Source: Candidatus Bathyarchaeota archaeon (lineage in GTDB: Archaea > Thermoproteota > Bathyarchaeia > Bathyarchaeales > Bathycorpusculaceae). From it: a DNA stretch of 59,949 bases. Positions 8,922 through 19,579 of the stretch are shown in pieces; the stretch's first letter is position 1, and each line of letters starts with the position of its first letter. The stretch lies in contig CAVRFW010000010.1 in assembly GCA_963720565.1 (NCBI GenBank), forward strand, positions 1-59,949. The letters run 5' to 3'. The notes under the pieces are model-generated. The model made no database searches and was not told the DNA's origin. It worked only from the letters and a program-made list of their open reading frames with translations. The translations under genes were made by a program, and so were the position numbers.

Positions 8922-10421
8922 GTGAATAACACGAAAACCATTAAGAGTACTAAGAGTATATGCCCTGAATGTTTGAAAGTTTTAGATGCATCCATATTTG
9001 AGGATGAGGGCAAAGTCTTCATTTCGAAAGAGTGCAAAGAACATGGTCCTTTCAAGGAGCTTTACTGGTCGGATTATGACCAATACGTGAGAGCTGAAAA
9101 GCTTAGGTGTGACGGCGAGGGTCTCAAGAACCCGCGTACGAAAACTGTTAATGGCTGCCCATACGACTGCGGCATATGTCCCGAGCATAAATCTCACACT
9201 GCCTTGGCGATTATTGATATAACGAACAGGTGCAACCTTAAGTGTCCTGTCTGTTTTGCGAATGCTTCCGCAGCCGGATACGTTTATGAGCCCAGCGCAG
9301 AGGCCATCACGGGAATGCTTGAGAACCTGAGGAAGAATGATCCTGTGCCTGCCACGGCGTTGCAGTTTTCAGGTGGTGAGCCAACTATTCGAAATGATTT
9401 GCCTGATTTGATTCGAAAAGCGAAGGAGCTCGGTTTCCGTCATGTTGAGGTTAATACGAACGGAGTTCGAATCAGCCAAGATGTAGAGTTTGCCAAGAAG
9501 TTGAAGGCGGCTGGCGCGAGCACGATCTATCTACAGTTCGACGGGTTGACGTCTGATGTTTACAAGTTCATCCGAGGAGTTGACCTTCTTGAGACCAAGA
9601 TGAAGGCGATCGAGAATCTTCGCAAGGCAGGCATACACAGCGTTGTACTTGTTGTTACGCTAATCAAAGGAGTGAACGATAGTCAACTGGGTGACATAAT
9701 CGACTTCGCAGTTAAGAACTTCGATGTGGTTAGGTGCATAAATGTTCAGCCTGTTTCTTTGTGCGGTCGGCTTCCAGCTGAGGAACGTGCTAAGATGCGC
9801 ATCACCATTCCAGACTTCATGAGGCTTGTGGAAGAGCAGACTAATGGGAAGGTGAAAGCTTCAGACTTCTATCCTGTTCCCACTGTGGTTCCAGTCTCGA
9901 AAAGCGTCGGTGCATTGAAGGACAAGAGGTATGTGGAGTTCACGGCGCATCCGCACTGTGGCATGGCAACTTACTTGTTTGTGGAGGACGGAAAAATCAC
10001 TCCAATAACAAAGCTCGCTAACGTGGATAAATTCGTGGAAAGCATGGGCAAGGTTGCTGAGGATGCGTCTAAGGGAAAGAAGAGCAGTGCTAAACTGCGT
10101 TTGGTAGGCGCTGCCAGGCACGTTAAGCTTAGTTTTCTGAGAAAGTACGTGCTGAAAGTGTTGATGGACGGGAGCTATGAGTCTCTTGGTGATTTGCAGC
10201 GGAAGTCTCTGTTGCTTTCGTCGATGCACTTTATGGATCCTTACAACTTTGATTTGGAAAGGGTGCAGCGGTGCGTGATTCATTATGCGGTGCCTGATGG
10301 ACGGATTATTCCATTTTGCTCAATGAACTCCATTCACAGGCCTAAGATTGAAAGAGAACTTGGGGTTCCACTTAAAGAGTGGACGAGAAAGCATAAAGTT
10401 GAAATAAGTCAGCCCTTATAG
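8922..10421 (+). CDS. tes: Radical SAM tetraether lipid synthase (MJ0619/Tes family)
   Basis: N-terminal SICPEC...CKEHG, CPYDCGICPEH, CNLKCPVC radical SAM motif, C-terminal HPHCG / MHFMDPYNFD / RCVIHY / PFC. Confidence 0.85.
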   Translation: MNNTKTIKSTKSICPECLKVLDASIFEDEGKVFISKECKEHGPFKELYWSDYDQYVRAEKLRCDGEGLKNPRTKTVNGCPYDCGICPEHKSHTALAIIDITNRCNLKCPVCFANASAAGYVYEPSAEAITGMLENLRKNDPVPATALQFSGGEPTIRNDLPDLIRKAKELGFRHVEVNTNGVRISQDVEFAKKLKAAGASTIYLQFDGLTSDVYKFIRGVDLLETKMKAIENLRKAGIHSVVLVVTLIKGVNDSQLGDIIDFAVKNFDVVRCINVQPVSLCGRLPAEERAKMRITIPDFMRLVEEQTNGKVKASDFYPVPTVVPVSKSVGALKDKRYVEFTAHPHCGMATYLFVEDGKITPITKLANVDKFVESMGKVAEDASKGKKSSAKLRLVGAARHVKLSFLRKYVLKVLMDGSYESLGDLQRKSLLLSSMHFMDPYNFDLERVQRCVIHYAVPDGRIIPFCSMNSIHRPKIERELGVPLKEWTRKHKVEISQPL

Positions 10422-10453
10422 TCAGGAAACATCAGTTACGGGAAGAGAGAAAT

Positions 10454-10780
10454 ATGGGTGGAAAAAAGAAGCTCGGCATGAAGCAAATGGAACGGATGCA
10501 AGACAAGAAGGACGACGAAGATAAGTCGAAGAAGAAGGAAAAGGCTGGAGCGCCGAAAGAGAGACGGACAATAGGAGTTATTCCTCCGGACGTGAAAAGC
10601 GATAAGGTTCTTAGCGAAGTGAAGAAGATGCCCGTTTTAACGCCCTACACTGTTGCTACTCGATTCGGTGTTCGAATAAGCGCGGCCAAGGATTTCCTGG
10701 AGCAGCTTGAACAGAACGGTACAATACAGCTCGTGTCGGGAAGTCACAACATAAAAGTCTACAAGCCCATAGCGGGCTAA
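10454..10780 (+). CDS. rps25e: Small-subunit ribosomal protein S25e
   Basis: Basic N-terminus, then wHTH VLTPYTVATRFGVRISAAKDFLEQL. Confidence 0.9.
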   Translation: MGGKKKLGMKQMERMQDKKDDEDKSKKKEKAGAPKERRTIGVIPPDVKSDKVLSEVKKMPVLTPYTVATRFGVRISAAKDFLEQLEQNGTIQLVSGSHNIKVYKPIAG

Positions 10781-10829
10781 TAACCCCATTTGTAGAAGTA
10801 GTTTTTCATTCAGATTTTGAAAAGGAGCA

Positions 10830-11315
10830 TTGGTCATGGATTTTCCGGAGAGAGTGTACACTACAAGTGAAGTGCAAGAGGCGCGTGAGCTCATTGATAG
10901 CGGTTATAAGCACCAGTTGGTAGTTGAAGGGAGCCTGGATTTCAAGCAAAAAGTGTATAGAATTCTTGAGTTGACAAAGACAGCTGATTACTACGAGTTT
11001 GTGCGGACATACATACGTAGAATATTGGAGATCGATGGTTTAACGCAGCTGCGCGAGACAGAAGTGGAGATATGGGCGAACAAGTTCGCGGTTGAGAATC
11101 CTGTTGATGGGGCGAGTCTTTTTGTGCAAAAAGCTTTTTCGATGAAAGAGTATCTGGACGGTGATCTCTATTACGGGGGTTTGGCTGAGAAACGCTCGAT
11201 TGAGAAGCGTTTAGAGTTTTTGGAGTCGTTGAAGAACAGGACTGAGGAAGAAAGCGTTAGGGCTGAGTGTGAACGTCTTCTGGAGATGTGGGCGGAGAGT
11301 TCTCTGGCTTACTGA
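10830..11315 (+). CDS. Hypothetical protein
   Basis: 161-aa ORF with natural composition and RBS GGAG upstream. Confidence 0.7.
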   Translation: MVMDFPERVYTTSEVQEARELIDSGYKHQLVVEGSLDFKQKVYRILELTKTADYYEFVRTYIRRILEIDGLTQLRETEVEIWANKFAVENPVDGASLFVQKAFSMKEYLDGDLYYGGLAEKRSIEKRLEFLESLKNRTEEESVRAECERLLEMWAESSLAY

Positions 11316-11694
11316 TTAGCTGCTCGATTTTAACTGTTGTTCCGCTTTTGACTTGGCTGAACAGTTCTAGGTTTTTGGTGATTTTGCCCAGAATACTTAC
11401 TGGACTGTAGGGTTGTGATTTTCCGTAGAATACGCAGAGTGCGCTTCCCATTGGCCAGAAAGCAATGGTTCCTGTTTCGACCGAAGGTTTGGCTTTTTCT
11501 TCGCCCATTTTGATTGGGATTTCGAAGTAAATTTCCTCTTTCCACAAGGCAGCGCGTCCTTCCATGGGGAGTTTGCGGATTATTGTGTCGATGGTTCTGG
11601 GTGCCAGGAACCGTACGAGTTCGCCTTCCGCTTCGCCTAAATCCTCTAAATGGAATTTTACCTTAATCCTTGAAATGGCTTCTTCATTGCTCAA
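11257..11694 (-). CDS. Cyclophilin-like fold protein (TM1367/DUF369-like)
   Basis: APRTIDTIIRKLP...WKEEIYFEIP...GTIAFWPMGSALCVFYG. Confidence 0.85.
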   Translation of the reverse strand: MSNEEAISRIKVKFHLEDLGEAEGELVRFLAPRTIDTIIRKLPMEGRAALWKEEIYFEIPIKMGEEKAKPSVETGTIAFWPMGSALCVFYGKSQPYSPVSILGKITKNLELFSQVKSGTTVKIEQLISKPENSPPTSPEDVHTQP

Positions 11695-11811
11695 TATACC
11701 ACTCTCACCAATTGAAAAGTGTCCAATACTTCGAAATAGACTGGACCTAAATACTTAGGGTTACATATAACTCTTACAGTTGGGCTTATCCAGCCATAGC
11801 CTTGGAGCGGG

Positions 11812-13014
11812 CTAGAGCAGTTTTAGCAGGGTTTCACCGATGTAATCTATTTGCTCCTCTGTTACGCCGGGGTGAATTGGTAGAGAGAGTACTTGTTTTG
11901 ACGCTTTCTCTGTCTCTGGCAGCTTCTTGCTGCCGAAGCTGTCGCGGTAGTAGGGCATCGTGTGTACGGGGTGTACGTAGTAGGCTTCGGCTCCTATGTC
12001 CTTCTTTTTTAGCTGGTCCACAAGCGTGTTTCGTTCGTTTTCGCTGCTGTCTTTTATCCTTACCGTGTAGAGATACCAGCTGTGCTGGCGGTCTTTTGTT
12101 TCTTGGGGCAATTGGAGTCTATCTGTTTTGGCTAGTATGTTGGTGAGTTTTTTGGCGTTTTCTCGGCGTTTGTTTGCGAAAGAATGTAGTTTTCGCATTT
12201 GTGCGAGGCCGATGGCTGCTTGAATCTCGGACATACGGTAGTTGTAGCCGAGCATGAGTGATGCGTATTTGGCTTTTTCTCCGTGCGTTCTCATTAGCCG
12301 CAACAAGTCGTTGGTTTCGTCGTTGTCGGTTGTTATGACGCCGCCTTCGCCTGTTGTTATGTTCTTGCTTGCGTATAGGCTCCAGCAGGCGGCTTTGGAG
12401 AATGATCCTGCTGGTTTGCCCTTGTAGGTTGCGCCGTGTGCTTGGGCTGCATCTTCGACGACCGCTAAGCCATGCTTGGTGGCTATTTCGTTTATCGGGT
12501 CAAAGTCGGCGGAGAAGCCGTAGAGGTCCACGGGCAATATGGCTCGGGTCTTTTTTGTTATGTTCTTTTCAATTTCAACCGGCGCGATGTTGTATGTTAC
12601 AGGATCTATGTCTGCAAACACGGGTTTTCCGCCCGCTAGAACGACTGCTTCGGCTGTGGCTACGAACGTGAAGCTGGGCAATATTACCTCGTCGCCATAC
12701 TTCACGCCGGCAGCCACGATTGCGGAGTGCAGCGCTGCGGTGCCAGTGTTAACTGCGATAGCGTGCTTCACGTCGCAGAAATCTGCAAATTCCTCTTCGA
12801 ATTGCGTGACCATCGGTCCCGCGCCAAGCGCGTTGGTTAAAGGTCCCTTTCTTAATACTTTGACGACGGCTTCGATTTCTTCCTCGCCGATAATTGGAGA
12901 ATTAATTGGAATCACGTCATCAGCCTCGATAGTGTTGAGTGTATTGTTCAAGGGAACTATATTTTGATTTACCCAAAATCTCAGCGGATAATCAGGCTGG
13001 CTTGGCTGTTTCAC
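11812..13014 (-). CDS. DegT/DnrJ/EryC1/StrS PLP-dependent sugar aminotransferase
   Basis: NTGTAALH, PSFTFVATAEAV, EDAAQAHGA, SLYASKNITTGEGG, GYNYRMSE; true start probably later than 13014. Confidence 0.95.
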   Translation of the reverse strand: MKQPSQPDYPLRFWVNQNIVPLNNTLNTIEADDVIPINSPIIGEEEIEAVVKVLRKGPLTNALGAGPMVTQFEEEFADFCDVKHAIAVNTGTAALHSAIVAAGVKYGDEVILPSFTFVATAEAVVLAGGKPVFADIDPVTYNIAPVEIEKNITKKTRAILPVDLYGFSADFDPINEIATKHGLAVVEDAAQAHGATYKGKPAGSFSKAACWSLYASKNITTGEGGVITTDNDETNDLLRLMRTHGEKAKYASLMLGYNYRMSEIQAAIGLAQMRKLHSFANKRRENAKKLTNILAKTDRLQLPQETKDRQHSWYLYTVRIKDSSENERNTLVDQLKKKDIGAEAYYVHPVHTMPYYRDSFGSKKLPETEKASKQVLSLPIHPGVTEEQIDYIGETLLKLL

Positions 13015-13163
13015 ATGCTCTTATCAATGAGTCTATGGAAGTCTGTCGCGCAACCTTTGTGTTCTTGTCGAAGGTGGATTGCTCCGTTCAGCGTTCGAGC
13101 CTTGTAAAATAGGTTTTTCCTGAATGTTTCCAAATCCCCGGCTGGTTTAGCCAGTGCGGATAG

Positions 13164-13652
13164 TCATGAGGATAAACGCATGAGGGTGGCTGTTTTTGGG
13201 CAAGTGCTTTTGAACTCAACCGATTCCGCTATGCCCCCGGTTGCTTTTTCTCGGTTTTCCTCTTTAAATCCTAATCTCTCGAAAAACGACGGAGCTGTTG
13301 TTGTCAGCAAAAACAAGTCTTGCACCTTCCTCTTTTTTGCCTCGGCTACTACGTAATTTGTTATGGCGGTTCCGTAGCCTTGGTTGTGCCTGCTATTTTT
13401 TATCGCCACAGAGCGCAGCAAACCTTGATTTTCATGCACTTCTAGTCCTGCAGCGCCTATGACTTCGCCATCTCTCGACTGAAGAACCCACAGTTTTGTT
13501 TCTTCGAGCCCATCCAGCGGCAACTTGAAAGTGGAAAGAAGGGCGTGGATGATTTCTTGGTCACGAAGTTGAGCTGGTCTAATTTTGAAAGCGGGCTCTG
13601 TCTTGTTCGTTCTCTGCTCTACCATATTTTCAGTTGCATTTGGCTTTGTCAA
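13164..13652 (-). CDS. GNAT N-acetyltransferase (ArsN2-like)
   Basis: GLLRSVAI...QGYG, LFLLTTTAPSFFERLGF, EFKSTCPKTA. Confidence 0.85.
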   Translation of the reverse strand: MTKPNATENMVEQRTNKTEPAFKIRPAQLRDQEIIHALLSTFKLPLDGLEETKLWVLQSRDGEVIGAAGLEVHENQGLLRSVAIKNSRHNQGYGTAITNYVVAEAKKRKVQDLFLLTTTAPSFFERLGFKEENREKATGGIAESVEFKSTCPKTATLMRLSS

Positions 13653-13776
13653 GTTTTACTTCTCCAGTGTCGGCCGGTGTTATTGAGCCTGAATAGTCAA
13701 CTTCGCTGTTCTGGGGTTAATGCATTTGCGGAACAGCCGAGTTTGCATGTGCTGCATTCCTGCCCGAAGCAAGCTG

Positions 13777-14961
13777 TTATTCGATTGGTACGAGATATTC
13801 GACCTTGTAGTCGGCTACTACTTTGATTTTGGCTGCTCGGAATTCGTCGTCTAAGATGGGGTCGCCTGTGTCTACCTTTAGTGAGCCTTTGAGGCTTCTG
13901 AGTTTGGATTCGGTTGCTACTACGAGGATGTTGTTGATGCCTACTTGGCGAATGACTTTGGCGCTGATTTGCTGGTTTCCTCTGCCGAAGACGAATCCTT
14001 GCCCGCCGATTGGCGTGACGATGATTCTGGCGGTTTTTTTGCGGATTGCTTCTAGGATTTGGTTTTCGTTCACGTCTTTTGCCGCTATCTGTTTGTTGAC
14101 GAATAGGTCTACGCCTAGAAGGGTTTTCTTTGTGTCTAGCAGGTCCGCTATTGTGCGTGTGGTGGTTCCTGGACCCATTATGTAGATTACGTTGGGTTCC
14201 ATGTTTTCAATTATGTATAGTGCTGTGGCTGCTTGGTTTCGCAGTTCACTCTCCGTCATGGAGGTTGCTAGCTTGTTTGCTTGTATCAGGTGAGGTTCAT
14301 AGGGAGTAAGGACGTATCCGTGGAGTTCAGCGGATAGACGGCCTAATCGGAAGGCTTCCTCGTCGACATCCATTACTTCTGCTTCTCTGAGTGGCAATTG
14401 ACCGGTCATAAAGCGTTGGACTACTCTTGCCGCGGCTTGTGGGTTCACTGCAAAAACTGAGCTGTGCATTTTGACTCCTGTTGGGACACCTAATACTGGA
14501 ATGGCGGTGCCTACTGCTTCGAGTATGTCCCGGGCTGTTCCGTCTCCCCCGCAGAAGACGATGAGGTCCACTCCTGATTTGATCATTTTTCGGGCGATTT
14601 CTCGCGTATCTTCGGCGCTAGTTTCCGGTTTGCTTTCGCCGACCACTGAAAAAACGTGATGAGAATGCGTGGCTTCGTTTTCTCCCATGCTTCCGGCGCC
14701 GACAACGAGCTGTGTGCCCTTTTCTTGGAGGTTTAGCTCTGAAAGGAAAGTTTCCGCTCTCGCCGGCGCGGTGGGTTTGGCTCCTAGTGATATTGCTTTG
14801 TTTAGGATTTCTTGGCCGTCTGTTCCTTTGAGCCCGACTGCTCCTCCCATTCCTGCTACGGGATTTACGATTAAGCCGATGGCGTTTGCTCGGAGAACTT
14901 CGGCGAAAGAGGTTTTTGCTTCATTATTCACCGGTGGCACCAAGTGGACATTACTTTCCAA
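13777..14961 (-). CDS. ATP-NAD kinase family protein (AcoX-like)
   Basis: NPVAGMGGAVGLKGTDG, GGDGTARD, GVKMHS, GGQGFVFGRGNQQIS. Confidence 0.9.
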   Translation of the reverse strand: MESNVHLVPPVNNEAKTSFAEVLRANAIGLIVNPVAGMGGAVGLKGTDGQEILNKAISLGAKPTAPARAETFLSELNLQEKGTQLVVGAGSMGENEATHSHHVFSVVGESKPETSAEDTREIARKMIKSGVDLIVFCGGDGTARDILEAVGTAIPVLGVPTGVKMHSSVFAVNPQAAARVVQRFMTGQLPLREAEVMDVDEEAFRLGRLSAELHGYVLTPYEPHLIQANKLATSMTESELRNQAATALYIIENMEPNVIYIMGPGTTTRTIADLLDTKKTLLGVDLFVNKQIAAKDVNENQILEAIRKKTARIIVTPIGGQGFVFGRGNQQISAKVIRQVGINNILVVATESKLRSLKGSLKVDTGDPILDDEFRAAKIKVVADYKVEYLVPIE

Positions 14962-15043
14962 ATAATATTGACGTTAGAAAGGATTTTGGTTGAAGAAAGG
15001 TGGGGTGAGAGGCTTGTTTGCTCTCTACAGTTTTTTCAATGGT

Positions 15044-16456
15044 TTACATGGGGCCGCAGCCGATGTATTTCTTGTTGACGTCTTCTAGCCATGGATAGAG
15101 TTTGTGTAGTTTTGCCATTGATTCTGCGACTTTTTCTGTTGGGTACTCGTAAGGCTGTAGTCTGCCGTTGAAGTATTCGTCGTAGGCTTGCATGTCGAAG
15201 AATCCGTGTCCGCATAGTAGGAACAGGATGGTTTTCTCTTCGCCTGTCTGTTTGCATCTTAGTGCTTCGTCTACGGCTGCTTTTATGGCGTGTGATGGTT
15301 CTGGCGCGGGGATTATGCCTTCGGTTCTCATGAAGAGTTTTGCTGCGTCGAAGACGTCGATTTGGCTGTAGGCTTGTGTTGTCAATTGGTTCTCGGATGC
15401 GAGTAGGCTTATGGTGGGGGCTATTCCGTGGTAGCGTAGGCCGCCTGCGTGTATGGGTGCGGGGATGAAGTCGTGGCCCAGTGTGTGCATGGGTACTAGG
15501 GGGGTTATTCTTGCTGTGTCGCCGTGGTCGTATTGGTATTCGCCTTTGGTGACTTTGGGGCAGGCTGTTGCTTCCGTTGCTACGTAGCGTGTTTGTTTCG
15601 GGGCTTTCCCTGTTACTTTGTCGTGGTAGAATGGCCAGAACATGCCGGAGAAGCTGCTTCCGCCTCCTATGCAGCCGTATATGACGTCTGGGTAGTCTTC
15701 GGCTATTTTGAGTTGTTCTTGTGTTTCTAAGCCTATTACGGTCTGGTGTAGTAGAACGTGGTTGAAGACGCTGCCTATTGTGTAGTTGGCTTCTTTTTCG
15801 TTGACTAGAGCGTCTTCGACTGCTTCGCTTATTGCGATTCCGAGGCTGCCTTTGTTTTCTGGGTCTTCTGCTAGGATTTTTCTGCCGCTTTCGGTTTGTT
15901 TGCTGGGGCTTGCGTAGCATTGTGCGCCGAAGGCTTCCATCATCATTCTTCTGTATGGTTTTTGGTCGTAGCTAGCTCTGACCATGTAGACGGTGGCTTT
16001 TAGTTCGAACATTGCGGCGGCGAAGGATAGTGCAGATCCCCATTGGCCTGCTCCGGTTTCTGTGGTTAATCTTTCGGTGCCTTCTTTGAGGTTGTAGTAA
16101 GCTTGGGGAATAGCGGTGTTTGTTTTGTGGCTTCCTGCTGGGCTGGTGCCTTCGTATTTGTAGTAGATTTTCGCTGGGGTCTTCAGTGCTTTTTCGAGTC
16201 CGATTGCTCTGAAGAGTGGTGTTGGTCGGTAGATTCTGTAGATTTCTCGGACTTCTTCGGGGATGTTTATCCATCGTTCTTGGCTGATTTCTTGTCCGAT
16301 GATTTCTCTGGGGAATATTCTTGGGACGATTCCTACTCCCGGTTCCTTTGTTGCGGGGTCGATGAATGGGGGTAGGGGTTTGGGTAAGTCTGGGACGATG
16401 TTGTACCACTGTTTTGGTATTTGGTTTTCGTCTAGCATTATTTTTCTTTGTGGCAT
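15044..16456 (-). CDS. trpB2: Tryptophan synthase beta chain, type 2 (TrpB2)
   Basis: [14 protein letters not shown] lysine, [36 protein letters not shown]. Confidence 0.95.
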   Translation of the reverse strand: MPQRKIMLDENQIPKQWYNIVPDLPKPLPPFIDPATKEPGVGIVPRIFPREIIGQEISQERWINIPEEVREIYRIYRPTPLFRAIGLEKALKTPAKIYYKYEGTSPAGSHKTNTAIPQAYYNLKEGTERLTTETGAGQWGSALSFAAAMFELKATVYMVRASYDQKPYRRMMMEAFGAQCYASPSKQTESGRKILAEDPENKGSLGIAISEAVEDALVNEKEANYTIGSVFNHVLLHQTVIGLETQEQLKIAEDYPDVIYGCIGGGSSFSGMFWPFYHDKVTGKAPKQTRYVATEATACPKVTKGEYQYDHGDTARITPLVPMHTLGHDFIPAPIHAGGLRYHGIAPTISLLASENQLTTQAYSQIDVFDAAKLFMRTEGIIPAPEPSHAIKAAVDEALRCKQTGEEKTILFLLCGHGFFDMQAYDEYFNGRLQPYEYPTEKVAESMAKLHKLYPWLEDVNKKYIGCGPM

Positions 16457-16546
16457 GTGTTTGTCTTCCGTTTTATGTTTCCATTAGGATTTTAAACAAC
16501 ACATTTATACTTATCTGTACATAAATGTACATTGTGGGTTTGACTC

Positions 16547-17050
16547 TTGTGGAACACTATCAAAAAGTACTTCGAAGGATACCCCGAACGGCTCAAAGTA
16601 GCCCGAGTCCTCGTTGAGAACGGGCTGAGCGCAAAAAACCATAAAATCTTCTTAAACCAGATCGAGGTTCCGCCCGTTCGCGTCGCCAGAGTCGCTGGAG
16701 TTGATAGGAGAACAGTTAACGAGACGTTGAGTCTAATCATGGAAAACCGTGAAATCAGGCTGATCTTTGAAGAGCTGCGGCCTGCAGGGCATTCGCTTAA
16801 AGAAATAGCCAAACATCTGAGTTTGGGTGTCGTTGAAATTACTCCTGTGGATGCAAAAATGCCGGGTATACTGGGGCGGTCTGCTATGCTTCTTACCACG
16901 GCTGGTTTGAGCATTAGGCAAGCGATTGTGGATGATCCTGAACTTTCGCCTGAGCCAAAACTCACGTTGATAGTGGAGAAGAAAATTCCTGGCGAGTTAA
17001 TCTCTGAATTGTTGAAAATCAGCGGCGTAGCCAAGATTTCAGTCTACTAA
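16547..17050 (+). CDS. HTH + ACT-domain regulator of amino acid metabolism (COG2150-like)
   Basis: ARVAGVDRRTV HTH and C-terminal ACT domain (PGILG...LSIRQAIVDDPEL). Confidence 0.85.
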   Translation: MWNTIKKYFEGYPERLKVARVLVENGLSAKNHKIFLNQIEVPPVRVARVAGVDRRTVNETLSLIMENREIRLIFEELRPAGHSLKEIAKHLSLGVVEITPVDAKMPGILGRSAMLLTTAGLSIRQAIVDDPELSPEPKLTLIVEKKIPGELISELLKISGVAKISVY

Positions 17051-17174
17051 TCCTTTGTAGCTTCGTGGGTGCGTAAATTTTGCTAGGATAGGCTCATTTC
17101 TTCGTTGTGCTCCTAGAAAAACTTATATTGCAAATGTGTTTTGTTGTTCTTCGCATTAAAGAGGTTATGTTGAT

Positions 17175-18836
17175 TTGTCATCTTCTAGACAGTCTGGTGG
17201 CGTACCTGTTCTCGTGTTGAAGGAAGGCTCAGATCGTACTCGGGGAAGAGATGCCTTACACGGAAACATTACCGCGATAAAAGTAGTGGCTGAAAGCGTT
17301 AGAAGCGCTTTAGGGCCTAAAGGTATGGATAAAATGCTCGTTGATAGTTTTGGTGATGTAACCATAACAAGCGACGGTCGCACGATACTGGATGAGATGG
17401 ATATTCAGCATCCAGCGGCAAAGATGCTTGTTGAGGTCGCCAAGGCACAGGACAACGAAGCAGGTGATGGCACCACATCTGCCGTAATAATCGCTGGGGA
17501 ACTGCTTAGCAAGGCTGAAGAGTTGGTTGAGAAAGGTGTTCATCCAACCGTAGTAATTGAAGGTTACAAGAAAGCAGCGGAAAAGTCGCTGGAGACACTT
17601 GACAAACTAGCTATGTCTATAGATTTGAAGACAGGTAAAGACTATCTGAAGAAAGCTGCAATTACGGCGATGGCGAGCAAACTTGTAGCTGACCACAAAG
17701 AGTACTTGGCGGACATAGTGGTTAAAGCGATGATGGCGGTTGCGGAGAAACAAGGTGACGTTTACAAGGTGGACGTTGATGACGTCAGGATTGAAAAGAA
17801 ACCTGGCGAATCCATCGGAGACACGACGCTGATTAACGGCATAGTTCTAGACAAGGAAGTTGTGCAGTCAGGAATGCCCAAACGGGTGGAGAACGCCAAG
17901 ATCGCGTTGCTTGACACTTCACTGGAAATTGAGAAGACCGAGTTTGATGCCAAAATTAGCATTGAAAAACCCGAAGAGATCGAAGCTTTTCTGAACCAAG
18001 AGGAACTAATGCTGAAAGCTATGGTGGACAAAATCGTTGGGGCAGGAGCAAATGTTGTCATCTGCCAAAAAGGCATTGACGACATGGTGCAGCATTTCCT
18101 GTCGCGCAAGGGAATTCTCGCAGTGCGCAGAGCCAAGAAGTCAGATATTGAAATGTTGGCAAAGGCTACAGGCGGAAAAATAGTCACCAAATTGGACGAT
18201 ATCAAGGCTTCAGATCTTGGGTATGCAGCTCTGATTGAAGAGCGGAAAATCGGCGATGACAAGATGACTTTCGTCGAAGGTTGCAAGCACCCGAAGGCAG
18301 TTACTCTTTTAATAAGGGGTGGGACGCAGCGGATGATTGCTGAAGCAGAACGTTCAATTCACGATGCCTTATGCGTAGTAAAAGATGTGCTTCAAGAACC
18401 TAGAATGGTTGCTGGTGGCGGTGCTCCAGAACTTGAAATGGCAAATGTGCTCAAGGGTTATGCTGACACTTTGCCTGGCAGAGAGCAACTTGCCGTCAGA
18501 GTATATGCAGAAGCCTTAGAGGCAATCCCAACAATACTGGCGGAAAACGCTGGATTAGACCCGATCGATGTCCTTTCAGAACTGAGGTCGAGACATGAAA
18601 AGGGCGAAAAATGGGCTGGCCTAGAAGTCTTAAGTGGAAAAGTTCAGGACATGTCAAAGGTTGGCGTTTTCGAACCGATCACAGTGAAAAAACAGATTAT
18701 CAAATCCGCAACTGAAGCAGCTACGATGATTCTGAAGATCGACGACATGATAGCTGCTGGAAAAATGAAGACTCCTCCTATGCCACCGGGCGGAGGGGGT
18801 CCAGGCGGAATGTATCCAGGCGCTGGAGAGTATTAG
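17175..18836 (+). CDS. ths: Thermosome (group II chaperonin) subunit
   Basis: [25 protein letters not shown]-rich tail. Confidence 0.97.
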   Translation: MSSSRQSGGVPVLVLKEGSDRTRGRDALHGNITAIKVVAESVRSALGPKGMDKMLVDSFGDVTITSDGRTILDEMDIQHPAAKMLVEVAKAQDNEAGDGTTSAVIIAGELLSKAEELVEKGVHPTVVIEGYKKAAEKSLETLDKLAMSIDLKTGKDYLKKAAITAMASKLVADHKEYLADIVVKAMMAVAEKQGDVYKVDVDDVRIEKKPGESIGDTTLINGIVLDKEVVQSGMPKRVENAKIALLDTSLEIEKTEFDAKISIEKPEEIEAFLNQEELMLKAMVDKIVGAGANVVICQKGIDDMVQHFLSRKGILAVRRAKKSDIEMLAKATGGKIVTKLDDIKASDLGYAALIEERKIGDDKMTFVEGCKHPKAVTLLIRGGTQRMIAEAERSIHDALCVVKDVLQEPRMVAGGGAPELEMANVLKGYADTLPGREQLAVRVYAEALEAIPTILAENAGLDPIDVLSELRSRHEKGEKWAGLEVLSGKVQDMSKVGVFEPITVKKQIIKSATEAATMILKIDDMIAAGKMKTPPMPPGGGGPGGMYPGAGEY

Positions 18837-18863
18837 ATTACGTTAAATCCAGAAAGAGTTGTT

Positions 18864-19097
18864 GTGGGTCCTCCGAAAATCACGCGGTTTGAGAAAGCTC
18901 GGATAGTTGGAGCGAGGGCTCTTCAGATTTCTATGGGAGCTCCAATACTTGTGGACGCTGAAGGAATTATTACAAATCCGATTGATATTGCCCTGAAAGA
19001 ACTTGAAGCCAACATACTGCCCATCACCATCAGAAGAACGTTGCCCGACGGAACCTTCCAAGACATCCCGTTGAAGTGGCTTATAGTAGCAGTTTAA
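18864..19097 (+). CDS. rpoK: RNA polymerase subunit Rpo6 (K)
   Basis: [21 protein letters not shown]...PITIRR. Confidence 0.95.
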   Translation: MGPPKITRFEKARIVGARALQISMGAPILVDAEGIITNPIDIALKELEANILPITIRRTLPDGTFQDIPLKWLIVAV

Positions 19098-19579
19098 CCT
19101 GCTGAGCCTTTCCTAAGTATTTCTTCTGCTTTTTCTAGAGTAGCTTGGATATTTCCCCAGTGGGCGCCCTGCCAGTATATCTTGCTGCATTTGGGGCATG
19201 TCCAGAACTCGTTGTAGAAGGCAAAAGTGTTTTTCTCCACTTTTTCCGCTACATCTTTCTTGGGTATCGGTTTGATTCTTGAGTTGCATGCTGGGCAACG
19301 GGACTTTTCCATGTTTATTTTCAGCGGAATCTTGAATCGGCCTGCTATTTCAGCTACTTTTTCGGCTTCTGTTCTGCCCTCTACGTAGAAGGTTTCGATG
19401 TTTCTGGCTGCGGCGCGTTTATACAGCTCCAGATCTCTTGTCAATAAAACTCTGCGTTTTTTGTTTGAGGTTTCTAGAAGCTCGTCGTCGTCCATTTGGT
19501 TGGAGTATTCTACGTCTTGTCCGAGCATGCGGAGCCATCTGGTGAGTTTTCCCAGCATGCCGTCCGCAACGAATTTCAC
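19094..19579 (-). CDS. Mut7-C RNase domain protein
   Basis: [28 protein letters not shown]...[13 protein letters not shown]. Confidence 0.93.
   Translation of the reverse strand: MKFVADGMLGKLTRWLRMLGQDVEYSNQMDDDELLETSNKKRRVLLTRDLELYKRAAARNIETFYVEGRTEAEKVAEIAGRFKIPLKINMEKSRCPACNSRIKPIPKKDVAEKVEKNTFAFYNEFWTCPKCSKIYWQGAHWGNIQATLEKAEEILRKGSAG

Noticed and set aside
15036..15920. 294-aa Arg-rich ORF (also 46515..47114, 53331..54122 and similar)
   Set aside because: Alternative-frame or antisense shadows of trpB2, ecfT and clpB caused by strong codon skew
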